Positions 29,557 through 39,269 of a DNA stretch of 64,000 nt are shown here, one piece after another. Each line of letters opens with the position of its first letter. Position 1 is the stretch's first letter. Source of the stretch: Myxococcota bacterium. Its GTDB lineage: Bacteria > Myxococcota_A > SURF-8. The position numbers and the translations under genes are program-made. Location of the stretch: the NCBI GenBank assembly GCA_965140415.1, contig OZ223209.1:4640001-4704000 (forward strand), read 5' to 3'. The notes under the pieces are model-generated. The model was not told where the DNA came from, did no database searches, and saw nothing but the letters and a program-made list of their open reading frames with translations.

Positions 29557-29922
29557 TTAAGAGCAGGACGAGCAACCGCCCGAACTGCAATCCGCGGAGG
29601 GTTTGGCAAACGCAATCATCAAACCCGTACCACGCCAGGGATCGTTGACGTACTCGATCTTGAGTCCGCCTTCCTGGGTAATTTCCTGGCGCATGCGAGC
29701 ATCTGCCAGAAGGATTACGTTGTCTTTGGAATAAATGATGTCGTCGTCTTTGGGTTCATCCAGAACCAAGCCCAACTTGGGCCCGCCTCAACCAAAGCCT
29801 GCGATGTTGACCCGGACCGCTTTTCCCTGGTATTCCTCGTGGTCAAGCGCCCGAACCAGTTCCTCGTGAGCGTCTTGTGGAATAATCACGTTGACCATTC
29901 CAACTGCTTCGTTCTGGCTCAT
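29557..29922 (-). CDS. HesB/IscA-like selenoprotein (Sec at codon 45)
   Basis: ATG 29922 after AAAGGT. Reads ...VRVNIAGFG-TGA(29790-29788)-GGPKLGLVLDEP...CSSGGCSSCS, 121 aa. Confidence 0.88.
29745..29787 (-). promoter_or_regulatory. Putative bacterial SECIS element
   Basis: Immediately 3' of the UGA: stem GGUUC/GAACC with a UGGAU loop starting about 26 nt after the UGA. Confidence 0.55.
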
Positions 29923-30140
29923 TGATGTTACCTTTCTCAAACAGACTTAACGATCGGGTTTTACATTCGGAGTTTCGCCCCGATCCGGCGAAAGTTCCTT
30001 GATATAAGAAACTGACTCCGTTGTCAAAGACATCAGTAATAAAAACTCTATTCCCATTCTGTGATTAATTGACCTGTTCGTAGCCTTGGAGTAGAGTATC
30101 CTCGATTGTCCGCGACGATTTGGCAGCATCAGGAGGATTC

Positions 30141-32306
30141 GTGGAACCTGCACAAACATCCATTCAACGCCGTTTGTTTTACCTATACGGAATCCTGTTT
30201 CTGACTCCTTTACTGGGAGGAGGAAATCTCCCCTGGCTATTCAACGCCAAAGGCGGGGTGTTTTTATGGGTAGCGTCGGTATTGATTCTCTGGGCCTGGG
30301 TGACTGTTTCGCGCCCGGCTGGATTTAGAGATCTGCTGAAACATCAAGCACTTTGGCCGCTATGGGCTTTGGCGCTATGGTGGATAATCGGAGTTGCAAG
30401 TGCCGATGTGCTGGACTCCACCCTGCAAACGACCACCGTTTGGCTGGCGGTCTTGCTCTTTACGCTGGCAGTGCTGCAACTGCGATTACAAGCTACTGAA
30501 ATCAATAAACTTCTTGGTTTTCTTGTTGCGACCGGCGCTTTGGCCGCATTGTATGGAATATACCAGAATCTCTGGGGATTTGCCGCTACCGCCAACATGC
30601 AGGGACTCAGCGCCGACGATATGCGCCTGCTGCGCGAGGTTCACAGCCAACAGCGGGCGTTTTCCTTTTTCCCCGGCTCCAACATTTTCGGCGGTTTTTT
30701 ACTGCCGCTACTGCCGATTTCCGTTCTGCTGTGGCTCAATACCAAACATACCATTGCCAAACTGATGATTTTGCCGGCAGTTACGGCAATCATCGCCGGA
30801 ATTTTCTTTTCCGGTTCGCGTGGCGCAGTGCTTGGCCTGGTCCTTGCCGTACTGGCCATCGCTGCGGTTCTGTTTAAACGCAAAGGCAAACTTACGGTAC
30901 TCGCCCTGTTTATCGTTCTGCTAGTCGTCGGTTATCTGTTTTTGAATCTGCAACCGAGCACGGATTTGCAAGGCCACCCGATCCAAACCAGTTTCATGGA
31001 TCGCCTGGCCGGTCTGGCCAGCGCCAGCGACGTGTCCATCCGCGCGCGTGTGGGTTACTGGTCCACCGCCTGGCATATGGGACTCGCCAACGCATTCAAC
31101 GGCACGGGACTGGGAAGTTTTGCCGATGTTTCGCGCCTTTACCAAACCCTGCCCAACTACACCCGCGACCCGCATAATATCTTGCTGCGATTGTTTGCGG
31201 AAACGGGCCTGGTCGGCATGGGACTTTTTGTCTGGTTTTTGGTTACGGTAAGCCTGAGCGCATTTAGACAGGCAAAAAAAGGAGAGGGATCGACCACCCC
31301 CTTGCTGCTTTTCGTCGCATTGTCTTTGATGCTGCTTCATAGTCTGATCGATATCGATTTTCTCTCTCCGGCGTTTGTCGCCCTCTTCTTCCTGCTAGGC
31401 GCGCTGATTCTGACTCCCGAACTGCCGGGTATCGTGCAGAAGGGTCGCGAGGTTGATCCGATCTTGCGCACGCTTGCTGCAACAGCAGTCGTGGTGAGCC
31501 TGTTCATTCTTACTCTGCTGCCATTGATGAACCACAATTATCGTCAGCTTGCCCTGGCGGCGGAATCCACCACCTCGCTATCCAAAGCTATCGACCTGAA
31601 CAAGCAGGCTTCCGACTACTGGCCGATCGATGCGGCGGCGCACTACCGTTTGAGTCGCCTGCACTTCAAATTGTTTGAAATGAAAAAAGGGAAGCAAGAC
31701 GTCAAACTGGCGAAACAAGCGGTGGAACAGGCGATCAAGCGTAATCCGTATAACCCGGAATATTTTGTGGGCTACGCCGATACGCTGGCGGCTTCGGGCG
31801 AAATGAAACGGGTACTGCCGCAATTGCGCAAAGCCGCCGAGTTGTATCCGCTTTCGATGTACTATCAGACCCAATATGCGCAAGCTTTGACTTTTAGCGG
31901 TGACCGTCCCAAAGGCTTGAAACTGCTTTCGGATGCGTTGACAAAGCTGGAACCTTTGTATTTAAAGCATAGCAACCCCAATGGCTTCGAACTGATTTCG
32001 GCGCACTTCATGCGGGCGGCCATTTTCAACGACATGAACAAGTGGGATCTGGCTCGCAACGAATACGAAAACGTCATCAAATTGTGCGACCGCAAAGGTC
32101 TGGTATTGAATTCCTATACGAGTTCGCATAGCAGCAACGTCAGTTGCGAGCAGATCAAGAAGCAGGCGCAGGAATTCATCAAGCGCTCGCAAGAAAACCT
32201 GGACAAAGGAGCGGTTATCGATCCCGACGCCAAGCCGGTCGAAATTGAGCCGCCCGGAGATATTCGCGTTTCCAAACCACCCAAAGCAGGAGGAAAACGG
32301 CGTTGA
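30141..32306 (+). CDS. O-antigen ligase / O-oligosaccharyltransferase family (Wzy_C) protein with C-terminal TPRs
   Basis: SGSRGA, R..YW, GTGLGSF, PHN..L..FAETG..G, HSLID, then TPR helices. GTG after AGGAGG. Confidence 0.85.
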   Translation: MEPAQTSIQRRLFYLYGILFLTPLLGGGNLPWLFNAKGGVFLWVASVLILWAWVTVSRPAGFRDLLKHQALWPLWALALWWIIGVASADVLDSTLQTTTVWLAVLLFTLAVLQLRLQATEINKLLGFLVATGALAALYGIYQNLWGFAATANMQGLSADDMRLLREVHSQQRAFSFFPGSNIFGGFLLPLLPISVLLWLNTKHTIAKLMILPAVTAIIAGIFFSGSRGAVLGLVLAVLAIAAVLFKRKGKLTVLALFIVLLVVGYLFLNLQPSTDLQGHPIQTSFMDRLAGLASASDVSIRARVGYWSTAWHMGLANAFNGTGLGSFADVSRLYQTLPNYTRDPHNILLRLFAETGLVGMGLFVWFLVTVSLSAFRQAKKGEGSTTPLLLFVALSLMLLHSLIDIDFLSPAFVALFFLLGALILTPELPGIVQKGREVDPILRTLAATAVVVSLFILTLLPLMNHNYRQLALAAESTTSLSKAIDLNKQASDYWPIDAAAHYRLSRLHFKLFEMKKGKQDVKLAKQAVEQAIKRNPYNPEYFVGYADTLAASGEMKRVLPQLRKAAELYPLSMYYQTQYAQALTFSGDRPKGLKLLSDALTKLEPLYLKHSNPNGFELISAHFMRAAIFNDMNKWDLARNEYENVIKLCDRKGLVLNSYTSSHSSNVSCEQIKKQAQEFIKRSQENLDKGAVIDPDAKPVEIEPPGDIRVSKPPKAGGKRR

Positions 32307-32890
32307 GCGACATATTCATCCATCCAACCGCCATTGTAGACGAAGGCGCCAAAATCGGCGCGGGGACGAAGGTCTGGCACTTCTGCCACATCAGTAGCGA
32401 TGTCACTATTGGAGAACGTTGCAATTTCGGGCAGAACGTATTCGTGGCCGGATCGGTGATTATCGGTGAAAACTGCAAAATCCAGAATAACGTTTCCGTT
32501 TATGCCGGAGTCGAGCTGGAGCGAGATGTCTTCTGTGGTCCGTCGATGGTCTTCACCAATGTGCTCACGCCGCGCGCGCATGTCTCGCGAAAAGACGAAT
32601 ACTCCCGCACGCTGGTCAAACAGGGTGCGTCCATCGGAGCCAACGCCACCATCGTTTGCGGGCGCGAGATCGGACGCTACGCCATGATCGGGGCAGGCGC
32701 GGTTATTACGAAAAACGTACCGGATCACGCACTGATGACCGGCAACCCTGCACGCCAGAGCGGCTGGGTATGTCGCTGTGCGGAAGTATTGCGGGAAGAA
32801 AACGATCAATTTCACTGCCATCGCTGCGGCGATGTCTACGAAGAACGCAACCATCAACTGGTACTCGTTAAAGAAGGAGGCCAACCGTGA
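32303..32890 (+). CDS. Hexapeptide-repeat sugar N-acetyltransferase, WbpD/WlbB-like
   Basis: [37 protein letters not shown]...[15 protein letters not shown]. Confidence 0.88.
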   Translation: MSDIFIHPTAIVDEGAKIGAGTKVWHFCHISSDVTIGERCNFGQNVFVAGSVIIGENCKIQNNVSVYAGVELERDVFCGPSMVFTNVLTPRAHVSRKDEYSRTLVKQGASIGANATIVCGREIGRYAMIGAGAVITKNVPDHALMTGNPARQSGWVCRCAEVLREENDQFHCHRCGDVYEERNHQLVLVKEGGQP

Positions 32891-34005
32891 ACGTTCCTCT
32901 GCTGGATCTGAACCGCCAGTATCAAGTCATCGGAACCGCGATGGAAGAAGCCCTGTTGCGGGTCAGCCGCAGCGGTCGCTATATCCTGGGACCGGAAGTC
33001 GAATCGCTGGAAAAGGAAATAGCCGAGATGATCGGCTGCGCCCATGCTGTGGGCGTGACCTCCGGCAGCGACGCCTTGATTATCGCGCTGATGGCCTTGA
33101 ATGTCGGTCCCGGAGATGAAGTCATCACAACGCCTTACACCTTCTTCGCTACGGCGGGAGCCATCGCCCGATTGGGTGCAACCCCGGTTTTCGTGGACAT
33201 CGACCCGGTCAGCTTCAACATCGATCCGGAAGGCGTACGCAAGGCCATCACCCAGCGCACCAAGGCGATCCTTCCCGTTCACCTGTTCGGGCGCACGGCG
33301 GAAATGGATGCACTATTGAGCATCGCGAAGCAGCATGAACTACCGATAGTGGAAGACGCCGCCCAATCGATCGGTTCCACTCTGGCGGATGGGCGCTTCA
33401 GCGGCACCATCGGCACCGTGGGTTGCTTCTCCTTCTTCCCGTCCAAAAACCTGGGCGCGATGGGTGACGGCGGATTGGTGACGACCAACGACAGCGAACT
33501 GTACGAAAAACTTAAAACACTGCGCGCGCACGGCTCCAAGCCCAAATACTTCCATGCCATTATCGGCGGAAATTTCCGGCTCGATCCGATGCAGGCCGCC
33601 GTATTGCGCGTCAAGCTGCCACATCTGGAAAGCTGGCACGAAGCCCGCAAGCAGAACGCCGACCGTTACCGGCAACTTTTCGAACAGCGCACCGACGCAT
33701 TACAGGGAAACGTGCAAAGCCCGGATGAAGGCGCGGGGCGGCACGTGTACAATCAGTTTGTCATTCGTTGTAAGCGGCGAGACGATCTGATGAAACACCT
33801 ACAGGAAAAAGGCATCGGTTCTGCAATTTACTACCCGCTTTCGCTGCACGAGCAGGGCTGCTTTGCGAATCTGGGTTACAAATCCGGCGATTTCCCAGAA
33901 TCGGAACGCGCCGCCAAGGAAACACTGGCACTGCCGATTTACCCGGAACTGACGGAAGCGGAACAGGTTTACGTTGCCGACACGCTGGTGGAATTTTACG
34001 GATAG
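32887..34005 (+). CDS. DegT/DnrJ/EryC1/StrS aminotransferase (WbpE-like)
   Basis: [39 protein letters not shown]. Confidence 0.93.
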   Translation: MNVPLLDLNRQYQVIGTAMEEALLRVSRSGRYILGPEVESLEKEIAEMIGCAHAVGVTSGSDALIIALMALNVGPGDEVITTPYTFFATAGAIARLGATPVFVDIDPVSFNIDPEGVRKAITQRTKAILPVHLFGRTAEMDALLSIAKQHELPIVEDAAQSIGSTLADGRFSGTIGTVGCFSFFPSKNLGAMGDGGLVTTNDSELYEKLKTLRAHGSKPKYFHAIIGGNFRLDPMQAAVLRVKLPHLESWHEARKQNADRYRQLFEQRTDALQGNVQSPDEGAGRHVYNQFVIRCKRRDDLMKHLQEKGIGSAIYYPLSLHEQGCFANLGYKSGDFPESERAAKETLALPIYPELTEAEQVYVADTLVEFYG

Positions 34006-34027
34006 AGCAGAGTTGAAGGTTCGAATC

Positions 34028-34065
34028 AATTACCGCTGGGAGAAACGTTCTTCCGGCGGTATTTT
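34028..34065. terminator. Terminator between convergent genes
   Basis: TACCGCTGGGAG...TTCCGGCGGTA-TTTT. Confidence 0.55.
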
Positions 34066-34067
34066 GT

Positions 34068-35201
34068 TTATGGATTGTCAATCCTAATGGTCGTGAAAAG
34101 GGGGGTATCCTGACCTTCGTCGAAAATCACGGTCATGCCACCACCCGGCACAAGACAGAGGCATTCAGGTTTGTAACCAGGGAATACGGCTTTACGAGTG
34201 GCAACGATACGCCCTGCGGTAAATTCTCGAATCAGGTTCACACTCCCCTGTTGATATTCCTTGTCCAATGCCGCAACGGTGGAAGCCATCCACAAGCGCC
34301 CCTGCTTGTCGAAAGTCATTGAAGAAATTCCCGCGTGCCGTCCCCGAACGTTTCCAAGATCCACCGTGGCAAACAGTGACAGCTGCCCGCTGGAGAGTTT
34401 GCCTTCCGATAGGAACCGATCCAAATCCGACAAGTGCCAGATCAAGGCACCGGTTTGCGGCACCGGCTCTTTCAGCCCGAAATAGAGGGAGTTCTTGCGA
34501 TAAGCCATTCCTTCGATGTTCAACAGCCAGTCACCCGTTTTCGTTTTGGCCGAAAGTCCCAGCGCCTGCTGCTCTTCCGGTTTCAAATCCCGCTTTAAAA
34601 TGGAGTAGAACGCAGCATGGCGCAGCATTGTAAACTCACGACCTTTGCGCTCCACTTCCCAGATCTGCTGCCGGGTTTCAGGACGCTTGCCTTTTTTGCT
34701 TTCCGATTGCGAGGAAATGAGGATCAGGCGACCATCTTCCCGCTCGGCCATCGCTTCCAAATCGCTGACCTTGGGTGCATTTCGAACGAGGATCGGGGTT
34801 TCCTCCACAACACCGTTTCGGTCCATCAGAAACAACCAGGGAGCATGGTCTTTATGCCTGCGAGTTCCGGTGTCGTCACTGATCAACAAGTAGCGTTGAA
34901 TGTCTTCCAGCCACATCGCCCCACTCGGCTCCAAGCGACTCTTTTTCCGTAAGTTTGTAGGAATGATAAATTTGGTCAGTACGGATTGTGTTTCCTGCGA
35001 ATCGGTTGCCACCGCGTTTTGTATGCGAGCTTCTTTTACCGAAGCTTGCAGAGACGTGTCAGCATTGCCCGATTGTGGGATGACGATTTTCCCCTCCTGG
35101 CTCTCCGCATTCTGACATCCAAAGCATAATGCAAGGGCCACCAAGATCAGAGATAATCGCCCCAGGTAAAACCGCTGTGTTTGGGTAAGTATCGCTTTCA
35201 T
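34068..35201 (-). CDS. Hypothetical lipoprotein, predicted beta-propeller (DUF3616/SdiA-regulated-like)
   Basis: Lipobox CFGC, recurring EPSG / DLEAMA / NIEGMA / KPECL motifs. Confidence 0.7.
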   Translation of the reverse strand: MKAILTQTQRFYLGRLSLILVALALCFGCQNAESQEGKIVIPQSGNADTSLQASVKEARIQNAVATDSQETQSVLTKFIIPTNLRKKSRLEPSGAMWLEDIQRYLLISDDTGTRRHKDHAPWLFLMDRNGVVEETPILVRNAPKVSDLEAMAEREDGRLILISSQSESKKGKRPETRQQIWEVERKGREFTMLRHAAFYSILKRDLKPEEQQALGLSAKTKTGDWLLNIEGMAYRKNSLYFGLKEPVPQTGALIWHLSDLDRFLSEGKLSSGQLSLFATVDLGNVRGRHAGISSMTFDKQGRLWMASTVAALDKEYQQGSVNLIREFTAGRIVATRKAVFPGYKPECLCLVPGGGMTVIFDEGQDTPLFTTIRIDNP

Positions 35202-35412
35202 GTAGACCCCGACTCTCGTGTGCTGGATGGTTGAAAACAGGGAATCAGTTTAGTTTGGCTATAGTCGAGACAATGATGATTTGGCCGCAATCCCAATCGA
35301 TTCCCAACCAACGAGGATATTCTACTCGCACATTGCCGATTTGCCAATCACTTATTTCACAGGAAATTTTCAAAAAAGAAGGTAATGATACATTCCTACA
35401 AAACAGAACCGG

Positions 35413-37053
35413 CTATTTTACAGGTTGTAAAATCTTGAATCCGTGAACACGCAAGGTATTGATGTGCATTCCGGGGCAGTTCTGCCGCAAGCGGCAGCTT
35501 TGGCAGCGCGTGGAATGCGACCGGTAATCCTTCACGATGTAAGCGCCCGTCAAAGCAGGCATATCCAGCTTTCCTTTTGAATTCAAGGTAGACAACCGCA
35601 GGGTGGGCGCTTCCGGCTCGATTGCGGAATGAATACAGGGTGTTACACCACGAGCGAGCAAACCGCTGTCTGCCCAATGTTTAAAGAATTCAACAGGATT
35701 GGGAAGTTCCTGGGCTTCGGTCAGGGTTTCCACGGAAGCAAATGCCAGGATAACCTTTCCATGTTTGGAAAGCTCCTGGCGGCGTAACAACAAGCCCTCG
35801 GCACTATTGCCATCGACAATGACTTCCAATTCCAAAGACAGGCTCATAAGCCGGTCCAGATCGTCGGGATTCTGGACCACAAGGCGCACCAATCCGGGGA
35901 AACGGACAAGCTCGAAGCGATTCCAGTCCTGTAATTGCAGTATCAGCCGTTCGGGTGAGGCGACTGCGGCGGCAATCCATTTCTCGGCCTGTTCGGCGTT
36001 TTTGGCTTTTACTCGCCATTCCGGCACGGATGTTTCACCCAGCGCGAGTTGCACGATCTCCGGCGCAGGCGACATTTCCCCGGTCAGATCGATGTCCAGA
36101 CATTCGAAATCATGGGTACGCAGGCGGCGCTCGGTATCCATGGCCACATCGCAGAGAGGGCGAATAAAGCAATGTTTGCAGCGCTCACCGTAGCACTGCA
36201 AGGGGCGACCGGTTTTCAAGAAATTGGCGAACTCGTCGCGGCGGCCATGGACCTCATCGTAGAGCTTATGCGGATCTTGAATCAACTGCTCCACGCCTTC
36301 TAAGAATTCGACGGGAAAGCGGTTGGTCCAGATGAAGTTCTCCGGCTGCTGGGCGTGCTTGAAACCTTCGTTGATATAAGGAAACGCCTGCTCGACATCG
36401 TAAAAGAGCTTGTCACGGTGCTCGTCCCACCAGGCACGCCCGAAAGGAACGATTTGAAGCAGATCGAACTCGTGGATACCCAACTTCATATAGAAGTCCA
36501 CGATTTCCTTAAGGTATTTATAGTTCAACCCGTTGATGACAATATCCACGTTGAGCACCACACGGCCATCGCGAATCAGATTGAGCATACCGCGCAATGC
36601 CTGTGCGAAAGCCCCTTTGATGCCTGTCAGCGTATCATGTAACTCCGAGTTGTGACCGTGCATGGAAAAGGTGACTTCGTTCAGTCCGGCGTCGGCGGCT
36701 TTCTGGGCGAATTCCTTGTAGGCGAACATGCGGCCATTGCTGATCGTCTGAATCCAGTCGTAGCCGATCTGCTTGCCGTGCGCGACAAAATCGATGAACT
36801 GAGGATGAATGCTGGCTTCACCGCCGGAAACGATCAGGCGCGCACCGGGTTGAAATCCTTTTTCGATCTCCTCAAAGACTTCCTTTGCCGGTCGATGCCC
36901 ACGCGGGGGCACGTCGCCATCCAGGCAGAAAATGCAACGGTTGTTGCAGGCGTAGGTCGTGCGCACCCAGTTGCGATGCTGATGCACCGCCTCCTCTTTG
37001 ACCTGCTGTCGCTCGGTATCTTCGATGTTGTCTTGCTCAGGCTTCGAAGTCAT
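35413..37053 (-). CDS. Radical SAM protein (HxsC-like) with extended C-terminus and two Cys clusters
   Basis: CNNRCIFC, SGGEAS, C.GERCKHC...LC, CQSCRLRQNCPG. ATG 37053 overlaps the end of the upstream gene. Confidence 0.85.
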   Translation of the reverse strand: MTSKPEQDNIEDTERQQVKEEAVHQHRNWVRTTYACNNRCIFCLDGDVPPRGHRPAKEVFEEIEKGFQPGARLIVSGGEASIHPQFIDFVAHGKQIGYDWIQTISNGRMFAYKEFAQKAADAGLNEVTFSMHGHNSELHDTLTGIKGAFAQALRGMLNLIRDGRVVLNVDIVINGLNYKYLKEIVDFYMKLGIHEFDLLQIVPFGRAWWDEHRDKLFYDVEQAFPYINEGFKHAQQPENFIWTNRFPVEFLEGVEQLIQDPHKLYDEVHGRRDEFANFLKTGRPLQCYGERCKHCFIRPLCDVAMDTERRLRTHDFECLDIDLTGEMSPAPEIVQLALGETSVPEWRVKAKNAEQAEKWIAAAVASPERLILQLQDWNRFELVRFPGLVRLVVQNPDDLDRLMSLSLELEVIVDGNSAEGLLLRRQELSKHGKVILAFASVETLTEAQELPNPVEFFKHWADSGLLARGVTPCIHSAIEPEAPTLRLSTLNSKGKLDMPALTGAYIVKDYRSHSTRCQSCRLRQNCPGMHINTLRVHGFKILQPVK

Positions 37054-37951
37054 GGGCTTTTTCACTACAGGGCTTGAACTCGTCCCAGCCAAAAGCTTCC
37101 GGGTATTCGCGCCAGGGGCCTTCGCAGACATCGTTGTACGCGCATTTTTTGCAGGGCGGTCCCTTGAGTTTACCTTCGTTCCAGCGGTAGTCGGTGTAAT
37201 TCTCCACGACGTGCTCGGCGTCGATGATTTTGGTGTGCGGGATGTAACGCTCGGCCACGAATGCTTCATAACCACTCATGAAGCAGTATGGTATCGCTTC
37301 GGTCATCACGCGACATCCGGCTTTAAGACCGACGGACAAGCCCTTCTTTACATAAGGCTCCACCAACGACTTGCGAGGGACGATCATTTCGAAATTCTGC
37401 TCTGCGCTACCTAAAGCATGGACAAAAGCGAACTGGAACTGATCCACCTTCAGTGCGGAAAACAAGCGGGCCATATCGGGAAGATGGCGGTAATTGGGCC
37501 GGGTGATGACGGAATTCATTACGATCGGCTGCCCTAACGCCTTTAAATTCTGAATGCCTTTCACCGTTTGCTTGAATGCACCCTTGGCATTGACCAGAAA
37601 ATCGTGCAGATCGGGACGATGGCCGTGCAGTGCGGGGCTGAATTCATTGGCTCCCGCTTCGATCAAACGCTCGCAAAAGGCTTTGTCCGCAAACAACCGC
37701 CCATTCGTCTGCACCTGAATCAACCGAAATCCCAACGACTTGGCATGGGCAACCAACTCCACGAAATCGCTGCGGATCGTCACCTCTCCACCGGTGAAGA
37801 CGATGCTGTCGGCATCTTTGATACCATCATCCAGAATTTGCTTAACCTGCTCGGTGGTTTTATTGCCGTACTTATGGCGTTTATCGCCCTGTACGCAGAA
37901 ATAGCAGCGATTGTTGCATTGAAATCCGCATTTTACATCGATCCGGTCCAT
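37037..37951 (-). CDS. Radical SAM protein (HxsC-like)
   Basis: CNNRCYFC, TGGEVT, QTNGR, IPYC, CKKCAYNDVCEG..EY. ATG 37951 after AAAGGA. Confidence 0.88.
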   Translation of the reverse strand: MDRIDVKCGFQCNNRCYFCVQGDKRHKYGNKTTEQVKQILDDGIKDADSIVFTGGEVTIRSDFVELVAHAKSLGFRLIQVQTNGRLFADKAFCERLIEAGANEFSPALHGHRPDLHDFLVNAKGAFKQTVKGIQNLKALGQPIVMNSVITRPNYRHLPDMARLFSALKVDQFQFAFVHALGSAEQNFEMIVPRKSLVEPYVKKGLSVGLKAGCRVMTEAIPYCFMSGYEAFVAERYIPHTKIIDAEHVVENYTDYRWNEGKLKGPPCKKCAYNDVCEGPWREYPEAFGWDEFKPCSEKAHDFEA

Positions 37952-38078
37952 CCGGTTGTATTCCTTTCTAACGACCAAAGGCAGAGGCCCAAGTTGGCGA
38001 AATCCACTATACTCCCGATTAAGGGAAACTTATTATGATCCGAGCGAGAAATCAATGCAAGGATTGAGAGCTTTTTTC

Positions 38079-38107
38079 TTGACAATAAAAAAATCGTTGT
38101 CTATATT
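38079..38107 (+). promoter_or_regulatory. Sigma70 promoter of the tRNA-Arg/tadA unit
   Basis: TTGACA-N17-TATATT. Confidence 0.65.
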
Positions 38108-38171
38108 TCGGGGCCTTGAAACGACCCGATCTTTACAGCATTAAAACCGCCCCCTTGATCGGGGCAAGTGT

Positions 38172-38248
38172 GCGCCCATAGCCCAACTGGAAAGAGCGCC
38201 GGACTACGAATCCGGAGGTTGGAGGTTCGAGTCCTCCTGGGCGTACCA
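38172..38248 (+). tRNA. tRNA-Arg (anticodon ACG)
   Basis: Acceptor GCGCCCA/TGGGCGT, anticodon arm CCGGA-CT-ACG-AA-TCCGG, T-arm GGAGG-TTCGAGT-CCTCC, encoded CCA. Confidence 0.95.
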
Positions 38249-38270
38249 TTTATTTTTATGAGATCAGGCC

Positions 38271-38750
38271 ATGGCGACTCACGAAGACTGGATGCGGCTG
38301 GCGCTACAAGAAGCGCAGATCGCAGGCGACGAGGGCGAGGTTCCCGTCGGTGCGGTGCTGGTGAGAAACGACGAACTCATCTGCTGCGCCCACAACCGCC
38401 GGGAAGCGATTCAAAGCCCGCTGTCCCACGCAGAGTTGGAAGTCATCGGAGAAGCGTCCAAACGGTTGCATTCCTGGCGTTTATCGGATTGCACCCTGTA
38501 TGTGACGTTAGAGCCTTGCCTGATGTGTATCGGCGGCGCAATCCAGGCGCGATTAAAGCAAATCGTGTTCGGTTGCCGCGACCCCAAAGCCGGCGCAGTC
38601 TGTTCGTTGTATCAATGTGCTCAAGACGAGCGGCTCAACCATCAGATCGATGTGGTGGAAGGGGTACTGGCCCAACAAGCCAGCACGCTGTTAAGTGACT
38701 TCTTCAAGAAGCTTCGCAGCAAAAAAGAAGACGGCTTCATCGACGAGTAA
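38271..38750 (+). CDS. tadA: tRNA adenosine(34) deaminase
   Basis: EVPVGAV, HAE, LYVTLEPCLMC, DPKAGA, RLNH, FFKKLR. Confidence 0.95.
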   Translation: MATHEDWMRLALQEAQIAGDEGEVPVGAVLVRNDELICCAHNRREAIQSPLSHAELEVIGEASKRLHSWRLSDCTLYVTLEPCLMCIGGAIQARLKQIVFGCRDPKAGAVCSLYQCAQDERLNHQIDVVEGVLAQQASTLLSDFFKKLRSKKEDGFIDE

Positions 38751-38829
38751 AATCTCTTTCGAGCCGCTTCTGAACAGTGAATGTTCTTTTCAAGATTGAC
38801 TAGTTGTCGCATCAGTAGCGTACACACGT

Positions 38830-38919
38830 GGAGAGATGGCCGAGCGGTTGAAGGCGCATGATTCGAAATCATGTGTACCTTTACGGGTACCCTGGGTTCG
38901 AATCCCAGTCTCTCCGCCA
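38830..38919 (+). tRNA. tRNA-Ser (anticodon CGA)
   Basis: GGAGAGA/TCTCTCC acceptor, CATGA-TT-CGA-AA-TCATG, long variable arm, CCA. Confidence 0.95.
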
Positions 38920-38972
38920 TTTTTACGAATTGCCTTTGAGCCTTCAGCCAAAGGTGTGTGCTATGCAAGTGC

Positions 38973-39063
38973 GGAGAGATGGCCGAGCGGTTGAAGGCGC
39001 ACGATTGGAAGTCGTGTGTACCTCAAAAGGGTACCCTGGGTTCGAATCCCAGTCTCTCCGCCA
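38973..39063 (+). tRNA. tRNA-Ser (anticodon GGA)
   Basis: Same scaffold, CACGA-TT-GGA-AG-TCGTG, long variable arm, CCA. Confidence 0.95.
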
Positions 39064-39103
39064 TTTTTTTATCATCATGCGGCTCTCTCCCGAGCCGCCG
39101 TTA

Positions 39104-39207
39104 TGGCAGCCGGGTCCCATGCGGCGGAGCCTGTGAACCGCGTCAGGTCCGAAAGGAAGCAGCGCTAAGCAGTTTACTCCGGGTGCCATGGGGTTGCCCG
39201 GTTGCCA
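39104..39207 (+). ncRNA. ffs: Signal recognition particle RNA (small, 4.5S)
   Basis: Conserved TCAGGTCCGAAAGGAAGCAGC domain IV in a long hairpin (TGGCAGCCGGG...CCCGGTTGCCA), upstream of dnaX. Confidence 0.92.
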
Positions 39208-39269
39208 CCTTTTCCCCTCTGTGCTATACTCCGCCAACATTTTGACCCCGGTTATTTCAGGGAGCGATC

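Noticed and set aside
37054-37275. Extended start of the 620-aa rSAM ORF
   Set aside because: It lies inside the upstream rSAM gene in another frame and gives low-complexity sequence. ATG 37053 is more plausible.
38172-39063. tRNA genes as integration sites of a genomic island
   Set aside because: No integrase, and no displaced duplicate of a tRNA 3' end was noticed elsewhere in the window.
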